Source: Tubiluchus corallicola (taxonomy: Eukaryota > Animalia > Priapulida). From it: a stretch of DNA of 64,000 nt. The notes under the pieces were generated by a model. It had not been told where the DNA came from. It saw nothing but the letters and a program-made list of their open reading frames with translations, and searched no databases. This document shows, piece by piece, positions 42,001 through 64,000 of this stretch; the first letter of the stretch is position 1, and every line of letters begins with the position of its first letter. The stretch lies in contig JAQGDQ010000380.1 in assembly GCA_030141605.1 (NCBI GenBank), forward strand, positions 160,067-224,066, in the 5' to 3' direction. Made by a program: the position numbers and the translations under genes.

Positions 42001-43344
42001 GAAACCTACTTCAGCTGCCCCTTTCTTGTCCTTTAAAATTTTTAGCAACCACATTTCAATCACCGGAATCTTCCTCATTGACTGAAAACCCTGAATTATT
42101 TGTATTAATAGAAACATCTGTGGAGCTAGTTCTTGAACTGACTGATCCAAACAATGACGTTGCAAACATCAAAATCACTTGGGCTGCAGAGGGTGACGAA
42201 GATATAACAGACTCTGGCTTATTAGGTAAGATCACATAGTAAAACATGCATCCATAATTAGGCTAATGAAATTTTAATTACTGCTAGATCATGTAATAAT
42301 AAAAAATAAGTTGTTTCTTTAGAAAAGCCGGAGCGCATCTTAAATTATAGGTCAAAACAATTTACCCTGTAAAATATCATACTATTTTTTTCAAGGATGA
42401 GTTACGTGAAAAAATTATTACCACAGAAACGTAATTTCGCATTCGCGCGGCTACTTCTTGGCTGCTACATGCACTTGGCCATTTGACAGTTAGACTGGCA
42501 CTAGCGCCGACATCTCGGAAAAGCGTTGCAAAAGAAACAGGTGCCGTACTTCTCAGTTTAGAGGTGTTAGTTTTTGACGACCTGCACACGTTCGGCAACT
42601 CACGCGTGAACACAGCAGTAAACTTGAAATTTGAATTTTAGCCGTAAAAGTTTTTGTACAAGACACTGAGTGTCATACAGTAGCACTGTACTTCAATTTT
42701 CAGTTTCGCAAACATGTGCAACACGCTCGTAGAATGTTTGTGCTGTTGAAAATTATGTTCAGTTGTGATGTCATATGCTAACTTAATTTAAATGTGAAAA
42801 CGCTTTGGCATTATTCTAGGGATTAAAACGTATGCTATACTTCAAAATGGGGTAGGATACAAAAATTGATTGTGTTGTCCTTTAACATTTTGTAGAATCA
42901 AGTGTGAGACAATACACCATAGAAGACTTGGAAACAGAAACACAATACGAGGTTTGTGCAGAAGCACTCGGAGAAGAGGCACTTCTTTATAATAAACACT
43001 GTATCAGTCTCATCACGGGGAACGGAGAGGAACGATGGTGGCTCTACCTGATTGCGGGTGTCGGCGGCGTTGCCTTAGCTGCCGGAATATTTGGCGCAAT
43101 ATACATGCTGCTTTTGAGGAAGACGCCCAAAGACAAAGACTTAGAAATGAAGATTATTGAAGACGACGGATCAAAGACTGCGGAGGATAATATGTACGTC
43201 AGCACCGTTTATCAGTCGGCTGACGAACTGGAGCCAGACGACAAACCTGAAAGTAAACCTACTGCAGCAGAAAGTGTGGCAGAGAAAGGCAAAATCGACG
43301 ATAGTGACGATGATGACGATGATGAAATGATCGCACAGTTCTAA
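505..43344 (+). CDS. Giant multi-cassette LRR + FN3 single-pass membrane protein (26 exons in window, 5'-partial, ~3,990 aa here)
   Basis: Exons 505-687, 1974-2136, 3889-4015, 6189-6388, 9007-9219, 10735-11644, 12011-14689, 15084-15660, 16273-17048, 18042-20624, 22150-22308, 22578-22740, 23709-23867, 26521-26725, 28108-28777, 29970-30125, 31424-31676, 33436-33844, 34929-35072, 36063-36297, 37000-37107, 38644-38756, 39936-40043, 41121-41178, 42046-42225, 42896-43344. All have AG acceptors and GT donors (one GC). Phases match at every junction. LxxLxLxxNxI repeats and nine LRRCT motifs. Confidence 0.9.
708..1885. repeat. 26-bp minisatellite
   Basis: (aagctaatggaaagtagtatgctttt)n, ~45 copies. 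Confidence 0.95.
1974..2136 (+). CDS. LRR gene exon (cassette 1)
   Basis: tttgcag|..SNALVNVTRDDFAGMDKMKYLDLSNNRIWEIPAQAW..ILGQ|gtttt; absent from the + ORF track. Confidence 0.85.
3889..4015 (+). CDS. LRR gene exon (cassette 1, last LRRs)
   Basis: atacag|VCRGAFNGNNNLKELQLRGNHL..LDVT G|gtaaag. Confidence 0.85.
4160..4612. repeat. ~104-bp tandem repeat, ~4.5 copies
   Basis: ctagtcactct recurs at ~4162, 4266, 4370, 4469, 4574. Confidence 0.9.
4812..6097. repeat. 42-bp minisatellite, ~30 copies
   Basis: (cattatacagtgaaaatgagtgatatcagcttatggtgtgat)n. Confidence 0.95.
6189..6388 (+). CDS. LRR gene exon (LRRCT 1 + linker)
   Basis: tgcag|ENPIACDCNQRYY..GTCVAPP..PTYPE|gttagt. Confidence 0.85.
6448..7303 (+). 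mobile_element. 5'-truncated LINE (CR1/L2-like) with 17-bp TSD and internal 74-bp tandem expansion
   Basis: taagtgcatgtgtgtga at 6431-6447 and 7304-7320; (taaac)n tail; LINE-type C-terminal peptide; second copy at ~33890-34370. Confidence 0.8.
8094..8784. mobile_element. Tc1/mariner-pogo-type MITE
   Basis: TA|cagtaagttcgggcttaac ... gttaagcgaggacttactg|TA: imperfect TIRs with TA flanks. Confidence 0.75.
9007..9219 (+). CDS. LRR gene exon (LRRNT of cassette 2)
   Basis: atttag|TTTKIPTWLCSMLPDVFPCTC..DNYFQ|gtatct. Confidence 0.85.
10560..10695 (-). mobile_element. Degenerate tRNA-derived SINE head
   Basis: Reverse strand: tctagtggtaa (A-box-like) and aagttcaatact (B-box-like). Confidence 0.4.
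10735..11644 (+). CDS. LRR gene exon (cassette 2 LRRs)
   Basis: ttttag|DCNITELAI..TNVV G|gtactg; matches ORF 10753-11781. Confidence 0.9.
12011..14689 (+). CDS. LRR gene 2.68-kb exon (LRRCT2, cassette 3, LRRs of cassette 4)
   Basis: tttcag|GNPIICDC..VIHIT G|gtaaga; 2679 nt, phase 1-1. Confidence 0.93.
15084..15660 (+). CDS. LRR gene exon (LRRCT4, LRRNT5)
   Basis: ttttcag|ENPVDCDCNVRW..KFPDR|gtaagg. Confidence 0.9.
16273..17048 (+). CDS. LRR gene exon (cassette 5 LRRs)
   Basis: tttcag|ALEKLNEVENIDLSNN..LDLS G|gtattt. Confidence 0.9.
18042..20624 (+). CDS. LRR gene 2.58-kb exon (LRRCT5, cassette 6, LRRs of cassette 7)
   Basis: ttacag|GNPIMCNC..LILR G|gtgagt; 2583 nt, phase 1-1. Confidence 0.93.
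20660..21496 (+). mobile_element. Retroelement 3' end with internal pyrimidine-rich tandem units and (attg)n tail; second copy ~30945-31395
   Basis: Repeated ctactaaccctaaccattctttcattcactcat; shared unique 3' part ending aataaattgattg. Confidence 0.65.
22150..22308 (+). CDS. LRR gene exon (LRRCT7)
   Basis: tttcag|GNKIICDCNLLYV..WGTCDEPEEL..|gtaagt. Confidence 0.85.
22578..22740 (+). CDS. LRR gene exon (Pro/Thr linker, LRRNT8)
   Basis: ttttag|SGDQCDL..TTTTLPPGQCPPDYLLLPCTC..|gtaagt. Confidence 0.85.
22930..23643. mobile_element. Dispersed MITE ending ..cctttaa (Kolobok-like); relatives ~34690-34905, ~40475-40520, ~42310-42885
   Basis: Shared acacgtgcaacacgctcgt..tgctgttgaaaattatg..gtgatgtc core and CCT|TTAA terminus. 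Confidence 0.55.
23709..23867 (+). CDS. LRR gene exon (cassette 8 start)
   Basis: ttataaag|..CEGIEIDPGDIFRALQYI..VWIHE|gtgaca; AAG acceptor, phase 2-2 fits both neighbours. Confidence 0.75.
24272..25501. mobile_element. MITE-like element filled with 42-bp and 62-bp tandem arrays
   Basis: Imperfect TIRs taggtcgacttgcgacgcaacgcaact / agttgcgttccgtcgcgcagcttgaccta; arrays at ~24380-24995 and ~25010-25405. Confidence 0.6.
25644..26520. repeat. 120/135-bp tandem repeat ending at the acceptor of exon 26521
   Basis: aaagcagaagttaagacttgttcag recurs ~7 times. Confidence 0.9.
26521..26725 (+). CDS. LRR gene exon (cassette 8)
   Basis: ttttcag|..RVQEISINAFSGLSGLKNLWLERN..NDLQ|gtatgg. Confidence 0.85.
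27040..27955. repeat. 36-bp minisatellite, ~25 copies
   Basis: (ctacattgcttctgcaaccgcagtactctgacgata)n. Confidence 0.95.
28108..28777 (+). CDS. LRR gene exon (cassette 8) ending at a GC donor
   Basis: ttacag|ILNMGGNVISSI..HVNLE G|gcaagt. Confidence 0.85.
28820..29260 (+). mobile_element. Decayed LINE (L2/CR1-like) RT C-terminal fragment
   Basis: HYSTR..F...GPRL*NNI...FKRNLK peptide pattern. Confidence 0.55.
29501..29779. mobile_element. Small MITE-like element with aggtcaaaggtt inverted ends; relatives ~53540-53830, ~55600-55700
   Basis: aggtcaaaggtt ... aacctttgacct; shared internal ctttgctttac/taattaagtaa motifs. Confidence 0.5.
29970..30125 (+). CDS. LRR gene exon (LRRCT8)
   Basis: tcatag|ETNIWCDCNLRYL..GTCSGPAG..|gtaaga. 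Confidence 0.85.
30213..30321. repeat. (GT)n microsatellite
   Basis: Read directly. Confidence 0.97.
31424..31676 (+). CDS. LRR gene exon (linker, LRRNT9)
   Basis: atacag|DGDFCSPPTSPPPPDICPD..KEIR|gtgaat. Confidence 0.85.
33135..33295 (-). mobile_element. tRNA-derived SINE; second copy ~34515-34685
   Basis: Reverse strand gccgagtggtgtaga (A box) ... gagttcgagact (B box); two similar copies. Confidence 0.6.
33436..33844 (+). CDS. LRR gene exon (cassette 9)
   Basis: ttgcag|IYMRGTALSSMDVDAFNGL..STIE|gtaaaa. Confidence 0.88.
33890..34370 (+). mobile_element. Second copy of the LINE 3' end found at 6448-7303
   Basis: ESVEHFLLHCTLY zinc-knuckle-like peptide; only one 74-bp unit. Confidence 0.75.
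34929..35072 (+). CDS. LRR gene exon (cassette 9)
   Basis: gttcag|ANAFAGLSQLTYMYLNDN..TDLK|gtataa. Confidence 0.85.
35110..35850. repeat. GC-rich 33-bp minisatellite
   Basis: (gggccctgatgggggctcagtcactgttgcatg)n. Confidence 0.95.
36063..36297 (+). CDS. LRR gene exon (cassette 9)
   Basis: tttcag|EHSFNHLGALQYLYLRNN..ICQSAFG G|gtaaaa. Confidence 0.85.
36546..36584 (+). ncRNA. Minimal type I hammerhead ribozyme motif (Penelope-like element remnant)
   Basis: cca-CTGATGA-t-gac..gtc-GAAA-cg-TT-tgg, followed by aataaa. Confidence 0.6.
37000..37107 (+). CDS. LRR gene exon (cassette 9, last LRRs)
   Basis: tttcag|GLTNLAYLHLDYNENLEYLLENTF..LDVT G|gtacaa. Confidence 0.85.
38644..38756 (+). CDS. LRR gene exon (LRRCT9)
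   Basis: tcatag|GNSFECDCHHRYL..GKCAGP..GQD|gtatgt. Confidence 0.85.
39428..39811. mobile_element. hAT-like MITE with TCGAA-rich subtermini; truncated relative at ~60294-60630 and its inverted copy
   Basis: tagggtgag ... ctcaccccta; flanks ttaattac / gtaattac (8-bp TSD, 1 mismatch). Confidence 0.65.
39936..40043 (+). CDS. LRR gene exon (end of LRRCT9)
   Basis: tttcag|IFLVPAWMFVCSCPDGECWNINFDEECGVPVTRTTV|gtaaat. Confidence 0.8.
40600..40968 (+). mobile_element. LINE 3'-end family; copies on the - strand at ~31680-31960 and ~58640-58760
   Basis: Shared gtatgtatgtttgtgttgctgtggaataaattcataattc terminus. Confidence 0.65.
41121..41178 (+). CDS. LRR gene small exon (stalk / FN3 start)
   Basis: tttcag|ETTTPESDVSIQILSVLVE|gtaagt; supplies the phase 0-to-1 bridge. 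Confidence 0.7.
42046..42225 (+). CDS. LRR gene exon (FN3-like, N-terminal half)
   Basis: ttttag|PTTFQSPES..NIKITWAAEGD..|gtaaga; phase 1-1. Confidence 0.78.
42896..43344 (+). CDS. LRR gene last coding exon: FN3 C-terminal half, TM helix, acidic tail
   Basis: YTIEDLETETQYEVC is an FN3 tyrosine-corner motif; TM WWLYLIAGVGGVALAAGIFGAIYMLLL followed by RK; ends EMIAQF*. Confidence 0.9.
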
Positions 43345-43381
43345 TCAGGGTTATAATATGTTGATAAATGAGTTTGAACGT

Positions 43382-45690
43382 CGTACTTAAATTACATCCC
43401 TAGGGCATATCATGCCGTGCTATGTCGATGTCGAATTTCCCACTCAGTTAAACCATTTGGTACTTAAATTATATCCCTAGTGCATATCATGCCGTGCTAT
43501 GTCAATGTAGAATTTCCCACTCAGTTAAACCATTTGGTACTTAAATTACATCCCTAGGGCATATCATGCCGTGCTATGTCAATGTCGAATTTCCCACTCA
43601 GTTAAACCATTTGGTACTTAAATTACATCCCTAGGGCATATCATGCCGTGCTATGTCAATGTAGAATTTCCCACTCAGTTAAACCATTTGGTACTTAAAT
43701 TACATCCCTAGGGCATATCATGCCGTGCTATGTCAATGTAGAATTTCCCACTCAGTTAAACCATTTGGTACTTAAATTACATCCCTAGGGCATATCATGC
43801 CATGCTATGTCGATGTCGAATTTCCCACTCAGTTAAACCATTTGGTACTTAAATTACATCCCTAGGGCATATCATGCCGTGCTATGTCGATGTAGAATTT
43901 CCCACTCAGTTAAACCATTTGGTACTTAAATTATATCCCTAGGGCATATCATGCCGTGCTATGTCGATGTAGAATTTCCCACTCAGTTAAACCATTTGGT
44001 ACTTAAATTACATCCCTAGGGCATATCATGCCATGCTATGTCGATGTAGAATTTCCCACTCAGTTAAACCATTTGGTACTTAAATTACATCCCTAGGGCA
44101 TATCATGCCATGCTATGTCGATGTAGAATTTCCCACTCAGTTAAACCATTTGGTACTTAAATTACATCCCTAGGGCATATCATGCCGTGCTATGTCAGTG
44201 AATTTCATCATTAAACCATTTGGTACAAATTAATCCTAGGCATCAGCTGCTATGTCGATGTAGAATTTCACTCAGTTAAACCATTTGGTACTTAAATTAC
44301 ATCCCTAGGGCATATCATGCCGTGCTATGTCGATGTCGAATTTCCCACTCAGTTAAACCAACAAAAACCCACAACACCCACAAACACCAAAACCAACAAA
44401 AACCCACAACACCCACAAACACCAAAACCAACAAAACACCCACAACACCCACAAACCCACCAAAACCAACAAAAACCCACAACACCCACAAAACCCACCA
44501 AAACCAACAAAAACCCACAACACCCACAAAACCCACCAAACCAGTACTTAAATTACATCCCTAGGGCATATCATGCCATGCTATGTCATGTAGAATTTCC
44601 CACTCAGTTAAACCATTTGGTACTTAAATTACATCCCTAGGGCATATCATGCCATGCTATGTCAATGTAGAATTTCCCACTCAGTTAAACCATTTGGTAC
44701 TTAAATTACATCCCTAGGGCATATCATGCCGTGCTATGTCAATGTAGAATTTCCCACTCAGTTAAACCATTTGGTACTTAAATTACATCCCTAGGGCATA
44801 TCATGCCATGCTATGTCAATGTAGAATTTCCCACTCAGTTAAACCATTTGGTACTTAAATTACATCCCTAGGGCATATCATGCCATGCTATGTCAATGTA
44901 GAATTTCCCACTCAGTTAAACCATTTGGTACTTAAATTACATCCCTAGGGCATATCATGCCATGCTATGTCAATGTAGAATTTCCCACTCAGTTAAACCA
45001 TTTGGTACTTAAATTACATCCCTAGGGCATATCATGCCATGCTATGTCAATGTAGAATTTCCCACTTAGTTGAACCATTTGGTACTTAAATTACATCCCT
45101 AGTTCCTACCATGTCGTGCTATGTCAATGTAGAATTTTACACTTAATTAAGTCAGTTCGTACTTAAATTACACCCCTAATCCGTACAAGGTCGTGCTATG
45201 TCAATGTAGAATTTTACACTTAATTAAGTCAGTTCGTACTTAAATTACACCCCTAGTCCGTACAAGGTCGTGCTATGTCAATGTAGAATTTACACTTAAT
45301 TAAGTCAGTTCGTACTTAAATTACACCCCTAGTACCTAACATGTTGTGCTATGTCAATGTAGAATTTTACACTTAATTAAGTCAGTTCGTACTTAAATTA
45401 CACCCCTAGTCCATACAAGGTCGTGCTATGTCAATGTAGAATTTTACACTTAATTAAGTCAGTATGTACTTAAATTACACCCCTAGTCCGTACAAGGTCG
45501 TGCTATGTCAATGTAGAATTTTACACTTAATTAAGTCAGTATGTACTTAAATTACACCCCTAGTCCGTACAAGGTCGTGCTATGTCAAGGTAGAATTTTA
45601 CACTTAATTAAGTCAGTATGTACTTAAATTACACCCCTAGTCCGTACAAGGTCGTGCTATGTCAATGTAGAATTTTACACTTAATTAAGT
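43382..45690. repeat. 77-bp satellite array in two variant blocks, between the two stop codons
   Basis: (ttaaaccatttggtacttaaattacatccctagggcatatcatgccgtgctatgtcaatgtagaatttcccactcag)n, switching to a variant near 45100. Confidence 0.95.
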
Positions 45691-45860
45691 ACTACCACTG
45701 AGATAATTTTTTTTTAAATTTATTGAAAATGTAAAACATAATTATTCTCATCTTATAAGTAAATAGTAGTGGGATTTGATATTAGGTAAATAAATTTACG
45801 GGTCGCTGACCTAATTTTACTCCTACGCGCTCTGTTTACATTTATTTATTTACATCTTGT

Positions 45861-60106
<14,246 letters not shown>

Positions 60107-61317
60107 CTAAACACAAAATAATCAGCATCATCACAAATGAACACAATATATAATGCTGTTGGGTTAAACTGTATTTATTAATACAACTACAATTAGAATA
60201 GATATATACGCAGTCATTAACAACTACGGAACAGTACTAAGTGATCAGCTAACAGGTTTATATGCAACCAATATAAAAACCTCGTACGTGAAATAGGGCT
60301 GAGCAATCTCTACCAGAAAGCGAATTCGAATCGAATCAAATTTCCGTATCGAGTTCGAAAGATTTCGAACAAGTTTTTGAACCACTAGTAAAAAGTGGTC
60401 TTACAAAGATCATGCATATTATTAGATTTTGTTCTGCAGTAAAGCCACTATTAGTCTGCTAAAAATTTTGCATAGAAACTGCAGCTACATTGCACTAATT
60501 ACATGCCGCATCAAAACATTTTAATGATAAAGAAGGTACGCGGCTGAAATGCTGAATTATTCGAATCTATAATTTTATGTTCGAATCGAATTCGAAGTAA
60601 AAAACTCGTTCGAACTCAAACGTTCGATGAAACTAAAATTACAGTAGCCAGTAATAAGAGGAAAAACATGTGCAAAAGAGGCAGAATAGCGAAGATTAAT
60701 TGGGAAAGGATGAAGGAATCGTCATCAATGAATCATACGTCCAGGGACATGATTCTGCTCACCTCCCTATGCCAAGACTCCCTGCATGCTGCAATGTCCC
60801 AAGTGGATTTATTTCTAAGGATCAATGCTGAAGTGTTTAAATCTTTCTGTGCAAAATCTAAGCATGTTAACATTTTGTCTTAAGTTGAGACACACTGGGC
60901 GGTGCTAGCTTTAGCAAGTCGCGAGCACTGTAACATGTAACATTTTAATAAATCTGAATTAATGAGCAACTACAGACAGGGTTCGAACGCTTGAGAAGAA
61001 GAGAAAAGAAAAGAGAAGATAAATATTAACGATTAATAACTCTCGTAATTGCAATATTTCCAGAATATAGACCTATATGATTTTTTGATGTGCAGCAAAA
61101 ACAACACTATTCAACCAGTTACGACAGCTCCGTAGGTGTCGTAAAATTAGGCATGCAGCTGAGACAACATTTTGTTTAATGAATCCCGTCCTAACTCGCT
61201 AAGTGATTTACATACGGTAAATTTAAATTTGTACAGTACACAGTTATGTACCATACACTAGTATACAATATATTTTACCTTTTGTTTCGATTATTAATAG
61301 GCCTGTTTTATTTTCAG

Positions 61318-61434
61318 AATCACCAAGGCCTTGTAGGAATAATCCTTGTCAAAATGGAGGAGAATGTCTGCCGGGCACAAGTGGGTTTGCCTGTAAATGT
61401 CCGGATGGATATGTTGGCCGGCTTTGCCAGGATA
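61318..61434 (+). CDS. Single EGF exon in the spacer of the inverted duplication
   Basis: tttcag|SPRPCRNNPCQNGGECLPGTSGFACKCPDGYVGRLCQD|gtaagt; phase 1-1, splices in frame to 63441. Confidence 0.8.
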
Positions 61435-62059
61435 GTAAGTTCATTAACATAAAGCATAATGAGCATAATATATAGTTTAAAATTATAAAGGCATTTTTTT
61501 ATCATATCAATATGTATTAAAGTGGAAAAGTTTTGAAATTGTGAGGACTAAATTAGACGCGCACATATATATATATACATATATATTATATTTTACTTTA
61601 AAGCCATCCTTTAAATGTTTCAAACTGTTTCAATAAATATTTCAGACTGGTTTTCCTTTTCCTTTTTCCCTTTTTTCTGTTTTTTTTCCTTTAGTACCTA
61701 TCAAGAAACTGCCTTGTAAATCATTATGATGCAAAAATGTTTAGGACTGCTAATTAGCTGAAAGATAAAAAATAAAATTTAAAGAAAGACAGGATGATTT
61801 TTCAAATACCACCCCATTTTCAAATTCGATAAAATGTTTACATTTTAACATAATTAGTACTGCAAACGCATTTCTGATAAGCAAATTATAAGGTTGCTAT
61901 TGTTGGGGGATGGTTGATTTACAAACGTTATTGACCTAGCCAATGGCAACAAATTCACTTAAAAAATGAAAATTTTAACATTGTTTCATTAGACAATTAT
62001 TTTGAGAGAAATATTACAGCATTATACTTGTTTATCTGAGTATCATTAATCGTCCACTA

Positions 62060-62815
62060 TCATTCCGTCCGTATGCTGATGATGTGGCATGGATTACAAG
62101 AAACAAAGAAGAAGTAGATGAAATAAAAAACTCAATAGAGGAGAAACTGAACAGAATGGATCTCGTTGTAAAAAAAAATAAAACTGAAGAGTTTCATGTA
62201 ACACGCCATGGTGATGAATCATGGCAAAGATGCAAGCATCTCGGTAGTCTGCTGGCAACAGAGGACGACATATCAAGACGGAAGATAATGGCATTATCAG
62301 CTTACTCAAAACTCACAAAAGTTTTTGAAAATACGAAAATTTCTTTGGAAACAAAAATTAGAATATTCTAAGCCTTAGTTGAAACTGTATTTCTGTATAA
62401 CTCTGAGCTCTGGACATTAAAAGCAAATCATAAAGCTGAAATCGATGCATTTCAAAGGCAAAATTACAGAAACATTTTGGGTATTAGATGGCCAAAGAAA
62501 ATTTCAAACAAAGATCTATATGAAAAAAATAAAAGAAGAACCTTGGACAAAAAAAAATAAAAAGACGCCGTTTAAGATGGATTGTACACATGCTTAGACT
62601 ACCTGATGATATTCCAGTGAAGATAGCTCTTCAACAAGCCATAGAACCAGCTAAAAAACCTGCAGGAGGACAAATGTTAACATGCTTAGATTTTGCACAG
62701 AAAGATTTAAACACTTCAGCATTGATCCTTAGAAATAAATCCACTTGGGACATTGCAGCATGCAGGGAGTCTTGGCATAGGGAGGTGAGCAGAATCATGT
62801 CCCTGGACGTATGAT
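62060..62815 (+). mobile_element. Decayed RTE-like non-LTR retrotransposon, 3' RT fragment
   Basis: YADD at ~62072, then KHLGS, KIRIF*, LYNSELWTL, RNILGIRW, RRRLRW..HMLR, with stops and frameshifts; 3' part duplicated on the - strand at ~60730-60878. Confidence 0.8.
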
Positions 62816-63803
62816 TCATTGATGACGATTCCTTCATCCTTTCCCAATTAATCTTCGCTATTCTGCCTCTTTTGCACATGTTTTTCCTCTTATTACTGGC
62901 TACTGTAATTTTAGTTTCATCGAACATTTGAGTTCGAACGAGTTTTTTACTTCGAATTCGATTCGAACATAAAATTATAGATTCGAATAATTCAGCATTT
63001 CAGCCGCGTACCTTCTTTATCATTAAAATGTTTTGATGCGGCATGTAATTAGTGCAATGTAGCTGCAGTTTCTATGCAAAATTTTTAGCAGACTAATAGT
63101 GGCTTTACTGCAGAACAAAATCTAATAATATGCATGATCTTTGTAAGACCACTTTTTACTAGTGGTTCAAAAACTTGTTCGAAATCTTTCGAACTCGATA
63201 CGGAAATTTGATTCGATTCGAATTCGCTTTCTGGTAGAGATTGCTCAGCCCTATTTCACGTACGAGGTTTTTATATTGGTTGCATATAAACCTGTTAGCT
63301 GATCACTTAGTACTGTTCCGTAATTGTTAATGACTGCGTATATATCTATTCTAATTGTAGTTGTATTAATAAATACAGTTTAACCCAACAGCATTATATA
63401 TTGTGTTCATTTGTGATGATGCTGATTATTTTGTGTTTAGAAATTGTTGATGCCTGCACCACTGGAACACCCTGCTTTCATGGTGCCACTTGCATTCCAG
63501 GCAGCGTGGGTTTCACCTGTCTGTGTGATGAGGGCTGGACTGGAAGACTGTGCGAATCTTGTAAGTAAAGACACGCTAGACTGCTTAATTTTATGTTACT
63601 CTGTTGGCCATATATCATTTCAAATGAGCAGCTGTATAACAGAACCAATGAAGAACAATGAAACCATAAAATTATAATTAGGAGACTAAGATCGATAGGA
63701 TATTTAATGAGATTACCAGAAACCACATCAGTAAGATTAACATTAAACAGAACCAAAGAAGAACATTGGAGCACTAAAATCATATTTTTTATAGCAAATA
63801 AAG

Positions 63804-63860
<57 letters not shown>

Positions 63861-64000
63861 ATACCACAATCCTGGTACAGATTATTCAAATTGGTACAGA
63901 ACAAGGCATCATTGATAAATATTTAGAACTGATGTCAACATAGCGCAATCTATTATCTTTCTTCCTACCATTTCCACTAACACATCCTTCTACCCTTCCT
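62669..64000. repeat. Right arm of long inverted duplication (runs off the window)
   Basis: ORF pairs 60668+/62631-, 59858-/63444+ and 59640-/63707+ are near-identical. Confidence 0.92.
63441..63560 (+). CDS. EGF exon, inverted copy of 59987-60106
   Basis: Same peptide; two synonymous differences (CAT/CAC, GCC/GCT). Confidence 0.8.

Noticed and set aside
44315-44640. Mucin-like PTTPT and hydrophobic ORFs
   Set aside because: Derived from the A/C-only tract, a probable sequencing artefact.

Overview
AT-rich animal (probably invertebrate) genomic DNA with spliceosomal introns crowded with minisatellites, MITEs, SINE/LINE fragments and microsatellites. Two protein-coding genes lie tail to tail. 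(1) On the + strand, 505-43344, I traced 26 exons with a continuous reading frame (~3,990 codons in the window; the 5' end is upstream). They encode a giant type-I membrane protein: at least 9 tandem ~440-aa cassettes (Cys cap, ~14 LRRs, NPxxCDC cap, Cys/Pro/Thr linker), then an FN3-like domain, one TM helix and a short acidic tail with no TIR domain. Cassettes 1-6 alternate between two subtypes, and a conserved phase-1 intron would allow whole cassettes to be skipped in frame. (2) On the - strand, ~60106-45861, a gene encodes ~28 EGF/cbEGF repeats, 19 of them complete within one 2.2-kb exon, with no visible TM segment. Its 5' part is cut off by an inverted duplication (arms ~59560-60878 and ~62669->64000) whose 1.8-kb spacer holds another EGF exon pointing the other way. 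Also found: a Penelope-type minimal hammerhead ribozyme in an intron, a GC-AG intron, tandem repeats that copy splice acceptors, and a satellite stretch missing every G and T (probably a sequencing artefact). All calls come from manual reading; no searches were run.
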